A stretch of DNA of 64,000 nt from Lachnospiraceae bacterium (GTDB lineage Bacteria; Bacillota; Clostridia; Lachnospirales; Lachnospiraceae). Position numbers and translations under genes: made by a program. A model generated the notes under the pieces. That model did no database searches. It was not told where the DNA came from and was given only the letters and a program-made list of their open reading frames with translations. The stretch is from positions 22,774-86,773 of the forward strand of contig JAGKTQ010000002.1 of assembly GCA_021153325.1 (NCBI GenBank). The letters are read 5' to 3'. Of this stretch, positions 31,295 to 41,196 are shown one piece after another; positions within the stretch are counted from its first letter, which is position 1, and every line of letters begins with the position of its first letter.

Positions 31295-31840
31295 ATGAAA
31301 GCAACAGGTATAGTTCGCAGAATAGATGATTTAGGGCGCATTGTTATTCCAAAGGAAATCAGAAGAACCTTGCGTATTAGGGAAAGTGATCCTTTAGAGA
31401 TATTTACAGATAGAGAGGGCGAGATTATTTTAAAGAAATACTCACCGATTGGGGAAATGAGTACTTTTGCAAAGCAGTATGCGGAAAGTCTTGCACAAGT
31501 ATCCGGGCACGCGGTTCTTATTAGTGACAGAGACCAGTATATTGCAGTTTCTGGTGGGTATAAGCAGGCACTTGGAAAAGCAATAAGTAAGGAGCTGGAA
31601 GAAAAAATAAATAATCGGGAAACGATGATTGCTACAAAAGGTGACCGCAATTTCATTTCGGTTCTTTCAGAAGGGAATGAGGAATATGTACATGAAGCAA
31701 TTAGCCCTATCATTTGTGAAGGAGATGTGATCGGTGCAGTCGTTTTGGTGGAAAATGACAATAAATCCAAAATGGGAGAAGTAGAGCAAAAATTGATTTT
31801 ATCGGCAGCAGGCTTTTTGGGAAGGCAGATGGAGCAGTAA
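31295..31840 (+). CDS. spoVT: Stage V sporulation protein T (AbrB-family SpoVT/AbrB N-domain plus GAF-like C-domain)
   Basis: MKATGIVRRIDDLGRIVIPKEIRRTLRIRESDPLEIF is the swapped-hairpin AbrB/SpoVT motif. The 181-aa length and C-terminal domain fit SpoVT. Confidence 0.92.
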   Translation: MKATGIVRRIDDLGRIVIPKEIRRTLRIRESDPLEIFTDREGEIILKKYSPIGEMSTFAKQYAESLAQVSGHAVLISDRDQYIAVSGGYKQALGKAISKELEEKINNRETMIATKGDRNFISVLSEGNEEYVHEAISPIICEGDVIGAVVLVENDNKSKMGEVEQKLILSAAGFLGRQMEQ

Positions 31841-31847
31841 AAAGAAT

Positions 31848-31895
31848 AAGGCTTGTTACAGAAAGGGGAATTTCCCAATCTGTGACAAGCCTTTT
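31848..31895. terminator. Bidirectional terminator between the convergent spoVT and pncB genes
   Basis: AAGGCTTGT (31848-31856) / ACAAGCCTT (31885-31893) with additional imperfect inner pairing. T-rich tracts follow on both strands. Confidence 0.55.
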
Positions 31896-31907
31896 AAAAT
31901 CATAGGT

Positions 31908-33362
31908 TTATTTTTCACTCATTTGGTTTAGTAATTCAATCTTCATGTCATAAAGCTTTTGCGATAAATCGACATATACTTCATGCGGGTTAACGAGACG
32001 TCTTGTCTCTTCCCAAAGAGTGTCCAGCTCCTTCTGACAGTAATCCCGGATTTCCATTGTTTTTGGTGAAGTGTAAACACATTTTCCTTGTAAGAAGACT
32101 GGGACTAAAAGTTCGCGTAATGTGTAAGTGCCGCCTTCTAAGTGTGTTTTTTTCCATGGTTCTAATGGGTCAAATAACAAAAGAGGATCTTTTTCATCAA
32201 AATGTTCTTCTGACAGGCAGATTAAATCTGCTTTAATTTTGCCGGATTCTTTTTCATAAATACGATAAATGGTCTTGTTGCCTGGATTTGTGACTTTTTC
32301 CGTATTTTCGGAAAGCTTGATTTTTGGAATGAAATTACCATCTTTATCACGGATCGCAGCAAGCTTATATACTCCGCCAAAGGAAGGGCAGTCTTTGGAA
32401 GTAATCAAATGTGTACCAACACCCCAGGAAGTGATTTTCGCGCCCTGTGTTTTTAAGCTGTCGATCAAAAATTCGTCCAAATCGTTGGAAGCCGCAATCA
32501 CCGCATCTGGAAAACCAGCTTCGTCGAACATTTTTCGTGCTTTTTTAGAGAGGTAAGCAAGGTCGCCGCTGTCTAAGCGGATACCATAGTTTGTAAGTGG
32601 GATTCCCGCCTCCCGCATTTCTTTGAAAACTCGAATTGCATTTGGAACACCAGATTTTAATGTATCATAGGTGTCTGCTAATAAAATGCAGGAAGAAGGG
32701 TACATATTGGCATAAGTTTTAAATGCAGTATATTCATCGGGAAAGCTCATAATCCAGCTGTGTGCATGTGTGCCCTTTACTGGCACATCAAAGAGTTGTC
32801 CGCATAGAACGTTTGAAGTACCGACACAGCCACCGATCACAGCGGCCCTTGCACCATAAGTTCCAGCATCCGGTCCCTGTGCACGGCGAAGTCCAAATTC
32901 CATAATGCCATCGCCTTTTGCTGCATAACAGATACGGGAGGCTTTTGTGGCGATCAGACTTTGGTGGTTCATAATATTCAAAATGGCAGTTTCCACAAGC
33001 TGCGCTTCCATAATTGGCGCAATGACTTTTATCATGGGCTCTCTCGGAAACATAATAGTTCCTTCAGGAATAGCATAAATGTCTCCTGAAAATTTAAAGT
33101 CAGCGAGATACGCGAGAAAATCTTCCTCAAAAATGCCAAGGCTTCTTAAATAGGTAATATCTTCTTCTTCAAAACGAAGATTTTTAATGTAGTCAATGAT
33201 CTGCTCCAAGCCAGCCGAAATAGCATATCCGCCATCACACGGATTATTGCGGTAAAAGGCGTCAAAAATAACAATTTCATTTTGGTCTTTATTTTTAAAA
33301 TAGCCCTGCATCATAGTTAATTCGTACAGGTCGGTAAGCAGTGTGAGATTTTGTCTGTCCAT
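31908..33362 (-). CDS. pncB: Nicotinate phosphoribosyltransferase
   Basis: 484 aa. N-terminus LLTDLYELTMMQGYF and the block GLRRAQGPDAGTYGARAAVIGG are typical of Firmicute-type NAPRTase. Confidence 0.9.
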   Translation of the reverse strand: MDRQNLTLLTDLYELTMMQGYFKNKDQNEIVIFDAFYRNNPCDGGYAISAGLEQIIDYIKNLRFEEEDITYLRSLGIFEEDFLAYLADFKFSGDIYAIPEGTIMFPREPMIKVIAPIMEAQLVETAILNIMNHQSLIATKASRICYAAKGDGIMEFGLRRAQGPDAGTYGARAAVIGGCVGTSNVLCGQLFDVPVKGTHAHSWIMSFPDEYTAFKTYANMYPSSCILLADTYDTLKSGVPNAIRVFKEMREAGIPLTNYGIRLDSGDLAYLSKKARKMFDEAGFPDAVIAASNDLDEFLIDSLKTQGAKITSWGVGTHLITSKDCPSFGGVYKLAAIRDKDGNFIPKIKLSENTEKVTNPGNKTIYRIYEKESGKIKADLICLSEEHFDEKDPLLLFDPLEPWKKTHLEGGTYTLRELLVPVFLQGKCVYTSPKTMEIRDYCQKELDTLWEETRRLVNPHEVYVDLSQKLYDMKIELLNQMSEK

Positions 33363-33400
33363 ATAGCCTCCTTTTCGATCCCCTAAATATATATTTTACC

Positions 33401-33429
33401 ATTATATAAGAATTTTAGGCGAAGTACAA
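33401..33429 (-). promoter_or_regulatory. Sigma-A type promoter for pncB
   Basis: Minus strand: TTGTAC (33424-33429), 17 nt, TATAAT (33401-33406). Confidence 0.5.
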
Positions 33430-33590
33430 TGAAAGTGGTAAAATTAAGTTGACACGAAAATATGTTGAAGAATAAGGGTTCAACTGGATGATAACATGGA
33501 AAAAGCAAATAGACCAAAATGGTCTAAAAACCCTTTCCTTTTTAGTAGCAATAAAGCTGTGAATCGTAGTAAAAAATTCCTATAAGGGAA

Positions 33591-33620
33591 TTGACATTTC
33601 AAGGATGACAGCTTTATAAT
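33591..33620 (+). promoter_or_regulatory. Sigma-A type promoter of the ileS leader
   Basis: TTGACA (33591-33596), 18 nt, TATAAT (33615-33620). Confidence 0.6.
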
Positions 33621-33624
33621 AGGG

Positions 33625-33925
33625 TTCAGATAGAAAAGACGTTGACGAAGACAGTAGATAGCTATTGAAGTTGCAGCGAGCCGGTGAGGGTGAGAGTCCG
33701 GTACGAGTAGACAGCTATTGAATATCACTTCCGAGTTGCAGGTCCGAACCGATTATCCTAAACAAAATCATGGTTGAATAGAAGTAGGAGCTGACGGTAT
33801 TCCACCGTTAAGGGAACACATATTAACCGCTTGTAAGTATGCAGGAAAGAAGCGCGGGAGTATGGTTGTAACAGGTGGTATAACGAGATTTTTTGACCTC
33901 GTCCTTTTACAGGACGAGGTTTTTC
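33625..33925 (+). promoter_or_regulatory. T-box riboswitch (tRNA-Ile responsive leader) with an intrinsic terminator
   Basis: Stem I has distal GGTGAGGGTGAGAGTCCGG motifs. The specifier-loop context is TGAAT-ATC-A-CTTCCGAG, with ATC (the Ile codon) at 33724-33726. The T-box core AACAGGTGGTATAACGAG is at 33870-33887. The terminator is GACCTCGTCC / GGACGAGGT plus TTTTT (33895-33925), and ACGAG/CTCGT can form the alternative antiterminator. ileS lies downstream. Confidence 0.85.
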
Positions 33926-33960
33926 TATGTGCAGAGAATCAAAAAGAAAGGAAGAAAAAA

Positions 33961-36900
33961 ATGTACGAAAAAGTATCTACAAACCTTAATTTCGTAGAAC
34001 GCGAAAAACAGACATTGGATTTTTGGAATGCCAATGACATTTTCAAAAAAAGTATGGACAGCAGAAAAGAGGGACCGACTTATACTTTTTATGACGGACC
34101 GCCAACTGCTAATGGTAAGCCACATATTGGTCACGTATTAACACGTGTTATTAAAGATATGATTCCAAGATACCGTACAATGAAAGGCTATATGGTACCA
34201 AGAAAAGCAGGATGGGATACCCATGGTCTTCCGGTAGAATTGGAAGTAGAAAAATTACTTGGATTGGATGGAAAAGAACAGATTGAAGAATATGGTCTTG
34301 ATCCATTTATTACAAAATGTAAAGAGAGTGTATGGAAATACAAAGGAATGTGGGAAGATTTTTCCGGCACAGTAGGTTTCTGGGCGGATATGGACGATCC
34401 TTATGTTACTTACCATGATGATTATATCGAATCCGAATGGTGGGCATTAAAAGAAATCTGGAATAAAGGTCTTTTATACAAAGGCTTTAAGATCGTACCT
34501 TACTGTCCTCGTTGTGGTACCCCGCTTTCTTCTCACGAAGTGGCACAGGGCTATAAAGATGTAAAAGAACGTTCTGCAGTAGCAAGATTCAAGGTAAAAG
34601 GTGAAGATGCTTATATTCTTGCATGGACAACAACACCTTGGACATTACCTTCCAATGTGGCACTCTGTGTAAATCCAGACGAAACTTATGCAAAAGTAAA
34701 AGCAGCAGATGGTTATACCTATTATATGGCAGAAGCATTGCTTGATACGGTGCTTGGAAGACTTGGAAAAGATGAAAACAAGGAAACGGGTGAAGCAGCT
34801 GTTGCAGCTTACGAGGTTTTGGAAGTCTATAAAGGTAAAGATTTAGAATATAAAGAATATGAGCCATTATTTGACTGTGCTACAGAAATCTGCGAAAGAC
34901 AGCATAAGAAAGCATATTATGTAACATGCGATAATTATGTAACTTTGACAGATGGTACTGGTGTCGTTCACATTGCACCTGCATTTGGTGAAGACGATGC
35001 GAACGTAGGACGTAAATATGACCTTCCTTTCGTACAGTTAGTAGACGGAAAAGGTGAAATGACAAAAGAAACTCCTTATGCCGGTGTATTTTGTAAAAAA
35101 GCAGATCCAATGGTATTGACTGATCTGGATAAAAAAGGTCTGTTATTTGATGCGCCGAAGTTCGAGCATAGCTATCCACACTGCTGGAGATGTGATACTC
35201 CGCTCATTTACTATGCGAGAGAATCCTGGTTCATCAAAATGACAGCAGTGAAGGATGACTTGATCCGCAACAACAACACGATCAACTGGATTCCAGAATC
35301 TATCGGTAAAGGACGTTTTGGTGACTGGTTAGAGAACATTCAGGACTGGGGTATTTCCCGTAACCGTTACTGGGGAACACCATTAAACGTATGGGAATGT
35401 GAATGCGGACATATGCATTCTGTAGGAAGTCGTGAAGAATTAGAAAAATTAAGCGGAAATCCAGAAGCAAAAACAGTAGAACTTCACAGACCATACATTG
35501 ATGCCATCACTTTCCCTTGTGAGAAATGTGGTAAGACGATGCATCGTGTACCGGAAGTAATTGACTGCTGGTTCGATTCAGGAGCAATGCCTTTTGCACA
35601 GCATCATTATCCGTTTGAAAACAAAGAGTTGTTTGAAAAACAGTTCCCGGCACAGTTTATTTCCGAGGCTGTTGACCAGACAAGAGGATGGTTCTACTCC
35701 TTACTTGCAGAGTCTACTTTGTTGTTTAATAAAGCACCATATGAAAATGTAATCGTACTCGGACACGTACAGGATGAAAATGGACAGAAGATGAGTAAGT
35801 CCAAAGGAAATGCAGTTGATCCGTTTGATGCACTGGCTACTTACGGAGCAGATGCTATCCGCTGGTATTTCTATATTAACTCTGCACCTTGGTTACCGAA
35901 TCGTTTCCATGGCAAAGCAGTACAGGAAGGTCAGCGTAAATTTATGGGTACACTTTGGAATACTTATGCATTCTTCGTACTCTATGCAAATATTGATGAC
36001 TTTGATGCAAGCAAATACAGTCTGGAATATGACAAACTTACTGTTATGGATAAATGGCTGTTATCCAAGTTGAACAGCTTGATCACAGAAGTAGATAATA
36101 ACTTAGAGAACTATCGTATTCCGGAAGCAGCAAGAGCATTGGAAAGCTTTGTGGATGATATGAGTAACTGGTATGTAAGAAGAAGCCGTGAACGTTTCTG
36201 GGCAAAAGGAATGGAACAGGATAAGATCAATGCTTATATGACACTGTACACTGCTCTTGTAACAGTATGTAAAGTGGCAGCTCCAATGATTCCGTTCATG
36301 ACAGAAGACATTTACCAGAACCTTGTTAGAAGCATTGACAAATCCGCACCGGAAAGTATTCATCTGTGTGATTACCCAGTTGCAGATGCAGCTTTTGTAG
36401 ATAAGAAATTAGAAGAAGATATGGATGAGGTATTGAAGGTTGTTGTTATGGGTCGTGCATGTAGAAATGCAGCGAATATCAAAAACCGTCAGCCAATCGG
36501 AAATATGTTCATTAAAGCTCCTAATGCACTGGATGATTTCTATAAAGCAATCATTGAGGAAGAGTTGAACGTAAAAGCAGTTACTTTCACAGATGACGTA
36601 AGAGATTTCACAAGCTACACCTTTAAACCGCAGCTTCGTACAGTCGGACCAAAATATGGCAAACAGCTTGGCGGTATTCAGAAGACATTAGCTACTTTGG
36701 ATGGCAATGCGGCAATGGATGAATTAAAGGCAAGCGGAGCATTGAAATTCGATATAGACGGAGTGGAAGTAGCACTGGCAGAGGAAGACTTATTGATCGA
36801 AATGAGTCAGAAGGAAGGCTATGTATCTGAAGCAGATAATACAGTGACTGTTGTACTGGATACAAATTTGACAGAAGAACTCATTGAAGAAGGCTTCGTA

Positions 36901-37143
36901 CTGGAGCTTATCAGTAAGATTCAGACGATGCGTAAAGAGTCTGAAGAGAACTTACAGGTAACAGACCACATTAAAGTATCTGTAAGCGGAAATGACAAAA
37001 TTGCATCCATTATGGATACAAATAAAGAAGCGATCGCAGGAAAAGTACTTGCAGATGTGATGACAGCAGGCGATAGTTTCAAATACGCTAAAGAATGGAA
37101 TGTAAACGGAGAAAACGTAACAATTTCCATTGAAAAAGCATAA
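33961..37143 (+). CDS. ileS: Isoleucine--tRNA ligase, type 2 (eukaryote-like) form. I place the start at ATG 33961, downstream of the T-box terminator, not at 33862
   Basis: 1060 aa with FYDGPPTANGKPHIGHVLT (HIGH), GWDTHGLPVE and KMSKSKGN (KMSKS). Type-2 features are the GWDTHGLP block and the long C-terminal extension lacking the type-1 zinc-finger tail. The track start at 33862 would lie inside the leader. Confidence 0.93.
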   Translation: MYEKVSTNLNFVEREKQTLDFWNANDIFKKSMDSRKEGPTYTFYDGPPTANGKPHIGHVLTRVIKDMIPRYRTMKGYMVPRKAGWDTHGLPVELEVEKLLGLDGKEQIEEYGLDPFITKCKESVWKYKGMWEDFSGTVGFWADMDDPYVTYHDDYIESEWWALKEIWNKGLLYKGFKIVPYCPRCGTPLSSHEVAQGYKDVKERSAVARFKVKGEDAYILAWTTTPWTLPSNVALCVNPDETYAKVKAADGYTYYMAEALLDTVLGRLGKDENKETGEAAVAAYEVLEVYKGKDLEYKEYEPLFDCATEICERQHKKAYYVTCDNYVTLTDGTGVVHIAPAFGEDDANVGRKYDLPFVQLVDGKGEMTKETPYAGVFCKKADPMVLTDLDKKGLLFDAPKFEHSYPHCWRCDTPLIYYARESWFIKMTAVKDDLIRNNNTINWIPESIGKGRFGDWLENIQDWGISRNRYWGTPLNVWECECGHMHSVGSREELEKLSGNPEAKTVELHRPYIDAITFPCEKCGKTMHRVPEVIDCWFDSGAMPFAQHHYPFENKELFEKQFPAQFISEAVDQTRGWFYSLLAESTLLFNKAPYENVIVLGHVQDENGQKMSKSKGNAVDPFDALATYGADAIRWYFYINSAPWLPNRFHGKAVQEGQRKFMGTLWNTYAFFVLYANIDDFDASKYSLEYDKLTVMDKWLLSKLNSLITEVDNNLENYRIPEAARALESFVDDMSNWYVRRSRERFWAKGMEQDKINAYMTLYTALVTVCKVAAPMIPFMTEDIYQNLVRSIDKSAPESIHLCDYPVADAAFVDKKLEEDMDEVLKVVVMGRACRNAANIKNRQPIGNMFIKAPNALDDFYKAIIEEELNVKAVTFTDDVRDFTSYTFKPQLRTVGPKYGKQLGGIQKTLATLDGNAAMDELKASGALKFDIDGVEVALAEEDLLIEMSQKEGYVSEADNTVTVVLDTNLTEELIEEGFVLELISKIQTMRKESEENLQVTDHIKVSVSGNDKIASIMDTNKEAIAGKVLADVMTAGDSFKYAKEWNVNGENVTISIEKA

Positions 37144-37162
37144 AAATGGAGGAGAAACCTTT

Positions 37163-39640
37163 ATGGCAAAATTGAAGAAAAAGACTTTTGATAAGGAACT
37201 CTTTAAAAGAAGCGTGCTATATAATGTAAAGACTCTTTACCGTAAGACTTTAGAAGAAGCAAGTGATCAACAAATCTTTCAGGCTGTTTCCTATGCGATT
37301 AAAGATGCAATTATCGATCATTGGCTGGAAACTCAAAAAACATATGAAAAAAAAGACCCGAAAACAGTATATTATTTGTCAATGGAATTTCTGATGGGTC
37401 GTGCATTAGGCAATAATATGATCAACTTACAGGCTTATGACGAAGTGAAAAAAGCATTGGATGAGCTTGGAATAGATATTAACGTAGTAGAGGACCAGGA
37501 GCCGGATGCGGCTCTTGGAAATGGCGGTCTGGGACGATTGGCTGCCTGCTTCCTTGATTCTCTTGCAACACTTGGCTATCCGGCATATGGCTGCGGTATT
37601 CGTTATCGTTATGGTATGTTCAAACAGGAAATCCGTGATGGATATCAGGTGGAAGTACCGGATGTATGGCTGAACGAAGGCAATCCGTTTGAACTTCGCA
37701 GACCGGAATATGCAAAAGAAGTAAAATTTGGCGGTTATGTGAATGTTTACATTGATGAAAAAGGAAGAAGCAATTTTGTACAGGAAGGTTATCAATCTGT
37801 AAAGGCAGTCCCTTATGATATGCCAATCGTAGGTTATGGAAATGGTATCGTAAATACACTTCGTATCTGGGATGCACAGCCTGTAGAGTGCTTCCAGTTG
37901 GATTCCTTTGATAAAGGTGATTATCATAAGGCAGTAGAGCAGGAAAATCTTGCAAAAAATATTGTAGAAGTATTGTATCCGAATGATAATCATTATGCTG
38001 GAAAAGAATTACGTTTGAAACAGCAATATTTCTTCATTTCCGCATCGGTACAGGAAGCGGTAGCAAAATATATGCGTAACCACGACGATATTCGTAAGTT
38101 CCATGAGAAAGTAACTTTCCAGTTGAACGATACACATCCGACGGTAGCAATCGCAGAATTAATGCGTATTTTAATGGATGAGTACTATTTAACATGGGAT
38201 GAAGCATGGAATGTTACGACAAAAACATGCGCTTACACAAACCATACGATTATGGCTGAAGCATTGGAAAAATGGCCGATTGAGTTATTCTCAAGACTCC
38301 TTCCTAGAATTTATCAGATCGTAGAAGAGATCAACCGTCGTTTTGTAGATCAGATACAGCAACAGTATGGTGGAGACCAGAACTTGTGTCAGGAAAAGAT
38401 TCGCAAAATGGCAATCATTTATGACGGACAGGTTAAAATGGCACACCTTGCTATCGTAGCAGGTTATTCTGTAAATGGTGTAGCAAGACTGCATACGGAA
38501 ATTTTGAAAAAACAGGAATTAAAAGACTTTTATGAAATGATGCCTGAGAAATTTAACAACAAAACAAATGGTATCACACAGAGAAGATTCTTATTACATG
38601 GAAATCCGTTGCTTGCAAAATGGGTAACAGAACATGTTGGAAGCGACTGGATCACAGACTTGCCAAAGATCAACAAATTAAAAGTATACGCAGATGATGA
38701 AAAGGCACAACAGGAGTTCATGAACATCAAATATCGTAATAAAGTAAGACTTGCGGAATACATCAGAGAGCATAATGGAATCGAAGTGGATCCTCGTTCT
38801 ATTTTTGATGTACAGGTAAAACGTCTTCATGAATATAAACGTCAGTTGTTGAATATCCTGCATGTAATGTATTTGTACAATGAATTAAAGGAACATCCGG
38901 AAATGGACTTCTATCCAAGAACATTTATTTTCGGAGCAAAAGCGGCAGCAGGTTATCAGAATGCAAAACTTACTATTAAATTGATCAATTCAGTAGCAGA
39001 TGTGATCAATAACGATCCTTCCATTAATGGAAAGATCAAAGTAGTATTTATTGAAAACTACCGCGTTTCTAATGCAGAAATGATCTTTGCGGCAGCAGAT
39101 GTTTCCGAACAGATTTCTACAGCAAGTAAAGAGGCTTCTGGTACAGGAAACATGAAATTCATGTTAAATGGTGCACTGACTCTTGGAACAATGGATGGTG
39201 CGAATGTAGAAATCGTAGAAGAAGTTGGTCAGGAAAATGCATTTATTTTTGGATTAAGCTCAGATGAAGTCATTCAGTATGAGAACTATGGCGGATACAA
39301 TCCGATGGAAATTTTCAACAATGACCCGGATGTAAGAAAGGTATTAATGCAGTTGATCAACGGTACTTATGCACCGGATGATACAGAACTTTTCCGTCCG
39401 CTCTACAATTCACTGTTAAATACACAGAGTACATCAAAAGCAGATACTTACTTTATTTTGAAAGATTTCAAATCTTATGCAGAAGCACAAAGAAAAGTGG
39501 AAGCTGCTTACAAAGATGAAGCCGGTTGGGCAAGAAGTGCTATTTTGAATGTAGCATGCTCAGGTAAATTTACTTCAGATAGAACTATTCAGCAATACGT
39601 TGATGAAATTTGGCATTTGGATAAAGTAGTATTGGATTAA
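37163..39640 (+). CDS. glgP: Glycogen/maltodextrin phosphorylase. Start at ATG 37163 with RBS GGAGGAG
   Basis: About 825 aa. It has the PLP-lysine region EASGTGNMKFMLNGALTLGTMDGANVE, plus LGNGGLGRLAACFLDS and NDTHP. Confidence 0.95.
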   Translation: MAKLKKKTFDKELFKRSVLYNVKTLYRKTLEEASDQQIFQAVSYAIKDAIIDHWLETQKTYEKKDPKTVYYLSMEFLMGRALGNNMINLQAYDEVKKALDELGIDINVVEDQEPDAALGNGGLGRLAACFLDSLATLGYPAYGCGIRYRYGMFKQEIRDGYQVEVPDVWLNEGNPFELRRPEYAKEVKFGGYVNVYIDEKGRSNFVQEGYQSVKAVPYDMPIVGYGNGIVNTLRIWDAQPVECFQLDSFDKGDYHKAVEQENLAKNIVEVLYPNDNHYAGKELRLKQQYFFISASVQEAVAKYMRNHDDIRKFHEKVTFQLNDTHPTVAIAELMRILMDEYYLTWDEAWNVTTKTCAYTNHTIMAEALEKWPIELFSRLLPRIYQIVEEINRRFVDQIQQQYGGDQNLCQEKIRKMAIIYDGQVKMAHLAIVAGYSVNGVARLHTEILKKQELKDFYEMMPEKFNNKTNGITQRRFLLHGNPLLAKWVTEHVGSDWITDLPKINKLKVYADDEKAQQEFMNIKYRNKVRLAEYIREHNGIEVDPRSIFDVQVKRLHEYKRQLLNILHVMYLYNELKEHPEMDFYPRTFIFGAKAAAGYQNAKLTIKLINSVADVINNDPSINGKIKVVFIENYRVSNAEMIFAAADVSEQISTASKEASGTGNMKFMLNGALTLGTMDGANVEIVEEVGQENAFIFGLSSDEVIQYENYGGYNPMEIFNNDPDVRKVLMQLINGTYAPDDTELFRPLYNSLLNTQSTSKADTYFILKDFKSYAEAQRKVEAAYKDEAGWARSAILNVACSGKFTSDRTIQQYVDEIWHLDKVVLD

Positions 39641-39646
39641 TCGCAA

Positions 39647-39711
39647 GGAAGTAAATCGCCTTTGCGCCGGAGAAGCAATCTTTCGGGGCAGGGCAGTTTA
39701 CTTCTTTTTTT
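39647..39711 (+). terminator. Probable terminator after glgP (long-loop hairpin plus T7 run)
   Basis: GAAGTAAAT (39648-39656) pairs with GTTTACTTC (39696-39704), followed by TTTTTTT. The loop has further GC pairing. Confidence 0.5.
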
Positions 39712-39730
39712 GTGAAATGAGGAGGGAAAA

Positions 39731-41170
39731 ATGCTTTTTTCCAGTACAATATTTTTGTTTTTATTTTTACCCATTGTAATTTTGCTCTATTTTCTTGCAA
39801 AAGAGAAATACCGCAATATCATTCTTTTATTTGCGAGCCTTTATTTTTACGCATATGGTGAGCCGGAATTTATTTATATATTGCTCATATCTATTGCGTT
39901 AAATTACCTTTTTGCACTTGGAATCGAAAAGGTAGAAAGTAGAGAGAAGTTGCGAAAAGCAGTATTGGTCGTTGCGATTGTTGTGAATGTTGCGGTGCTT
40001 TTTGTATGCAAATATTTGAATTTTACGATCACGATCATTGACGCACTGTTTGGAGATATCTTACAGGTATTGCCGATCAGGCTGCCTATTGGAATTTCTT
40101 TTTATACATTCCAGGCAATTTCGTATTTGATTGATGTTTATAGAAAAGAAGTGAAAGCGCAGAAAAATCCAATTAATCTGGCACTTTATATATCCTTCTT
40201 CCCGCAGCTTATTGCCGGTCCGATCGTGCGGTACAAGACAATGGCAGAGGCATTAGAGAATCGAAAAGAGAGTTGGAATGACATTACTTATGGCGTAAGA
40301 AGATTTTTGATCGGATTGGGCAAGAAAATTATTTTAGCCAACAATTTAAGTCTGATAGCGGAATATGCTTTTGGATTTGATAATTATGGAAATCTGCCAG
40401 TAGTGACTGCATGGCTTGGCGCGATCAGTTTTTCTTTACAGATCTATTTTGACTTTTCAGGTTATTCTGATATGGCAATTGGTCTGGGAAGAATTTTCGG
40501 ATTCCATTTTGAAGAAAACTTTCACTATCCTTACGCAGCAAAAAATATTACGGACTTCTGGCGAAGATGGCATATTTCTTTGAGTGCCTGGTTTCGGGAT
40601 TATGTATACATTCCGTTAGGCGGTTCCAGAGTAAGTAAAAAAAGACACATATGGAATATGTTCGTAGTTTGGTGTATTACCGGAATATGGCATGGCGCAG
40701 CGTGGAATTTTGTAGCTTGGGGACTTTGCTATTTCTTCTTACTTGTTTTGGAAAAATATGTGTTCCATCCAGAAAAACTGAAAAATGTTTTTGGTAAGCT
40801 CATCTATAGAATAGGTACACTGTTGGCAGTGAATTTCCTTTGGGTATTTTTTAATGCCACAGCAGGATATGGTATGAGTGCTTTGCGTCGTGGAGCAGGG
40901 TACTGTCTGTCAATGATCGGTTGTAATGAGAATCCATTTTTCTCATCTGAAATATTATTTTACGTGCAGGAATATGGATGGTTTCTTGTGGCAGCTGTAT
41001 TAGCATCTGCCCCGATTCTGCCGAAGTTAAAAGAGTTATGCAGTAAACATAAGGTGATACATGGCATTTGGGAAGTACTTGCCTGTGCCGGACTTGCAGT
41101 AGTATTTTTGTACGCGGTTGCAAATCTGGTCATGGGAGCTCACAATCCATTTATTTATTTTAACTTTTAA
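39731..41170 (+). CDS. MBOAT-family membrane-bound O-acyltransferase (AlgI/DltB/PatA-like)
   Basis: 479-aa polytopic protein with the MBOAT catalytic-His block FWRRWHISLSAWFRDYVYIPLGGSR. Confidence 0.9.
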   Translation: MLFSSTIFLFLFLPIVILLYFLAKEKYRNIILLFASLYFYAYGEPEFIYILLISIALNYLFALGIEKVESREKLRKAVLVVAIVVNVAVLFVCKYLNFTITIIDALFGDILQVLPIRLPIGISFYTFQAISYLIDVYRKEVKAQKNPINLALYISFFPQLIAGPIVRYKTMAEALENRKESWNDITYGVRRFLIGLGKKIILANNLSLIAEYAFGFDNYGNLPVVTAWLGAISFSLQIYFDFSGYSDMAIGLGRIFGFHFEENFHYPYAAKNITDFWRRWHISLSAWFRDYVYIPLGGSRVSKKRHIWNMFVVWCITGIWHGAAWNFVAWGLCYFFLLVLEKYVFHPEKLKNVFGKLIYRIGTLLAVNFLWVFFNATAGYGMSALRRGAGYCLSMIGCNENPFFSSEILFYVQEYGWFLVAAVLASAPILPKLKELCSKHKVIHGIWEVLACAGLAVVFLYAVANLVMGAHNPFIYFNF

Positions 41171-41196
41171 ATAGAAAGAGGCAGGAGGACTATTTT

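Noticed and set aside
31291-31878. 195-aa ORF antisense to the entire spoVT gene
   Set aside because: It is a Ser/Ile/Phe-rich low-complexity translation, typical of the reverse frame of a purine-rich gene. The spoVT identification on the + strand is unambiguous.
33653-33741. Apparent direct repeat in the ileS leader: AGTAGATAGCTATTGAA versus AGTAGACAGCTATTGAA, plus GTTGCAG twice
   Set aside because: The palindromic core ATAGCTAT explains it. ATAGCT on the 5' side pairs with AGCTAT on the 3' side of T-box Stem I around the specifier loop. It is part of the riboswitch fold, not an independent repeat element.
33862-33960. Track-predicted N-terminal extension of IleRS (MVVTGGITRFFDLVLLQDEVFLCAENQKERKKK)
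   Set aside because: This stretch is the T-box core plus terminator hairpin read as protein. The conserved IleRS sequence and a proper RBS begin at ATG 33961.
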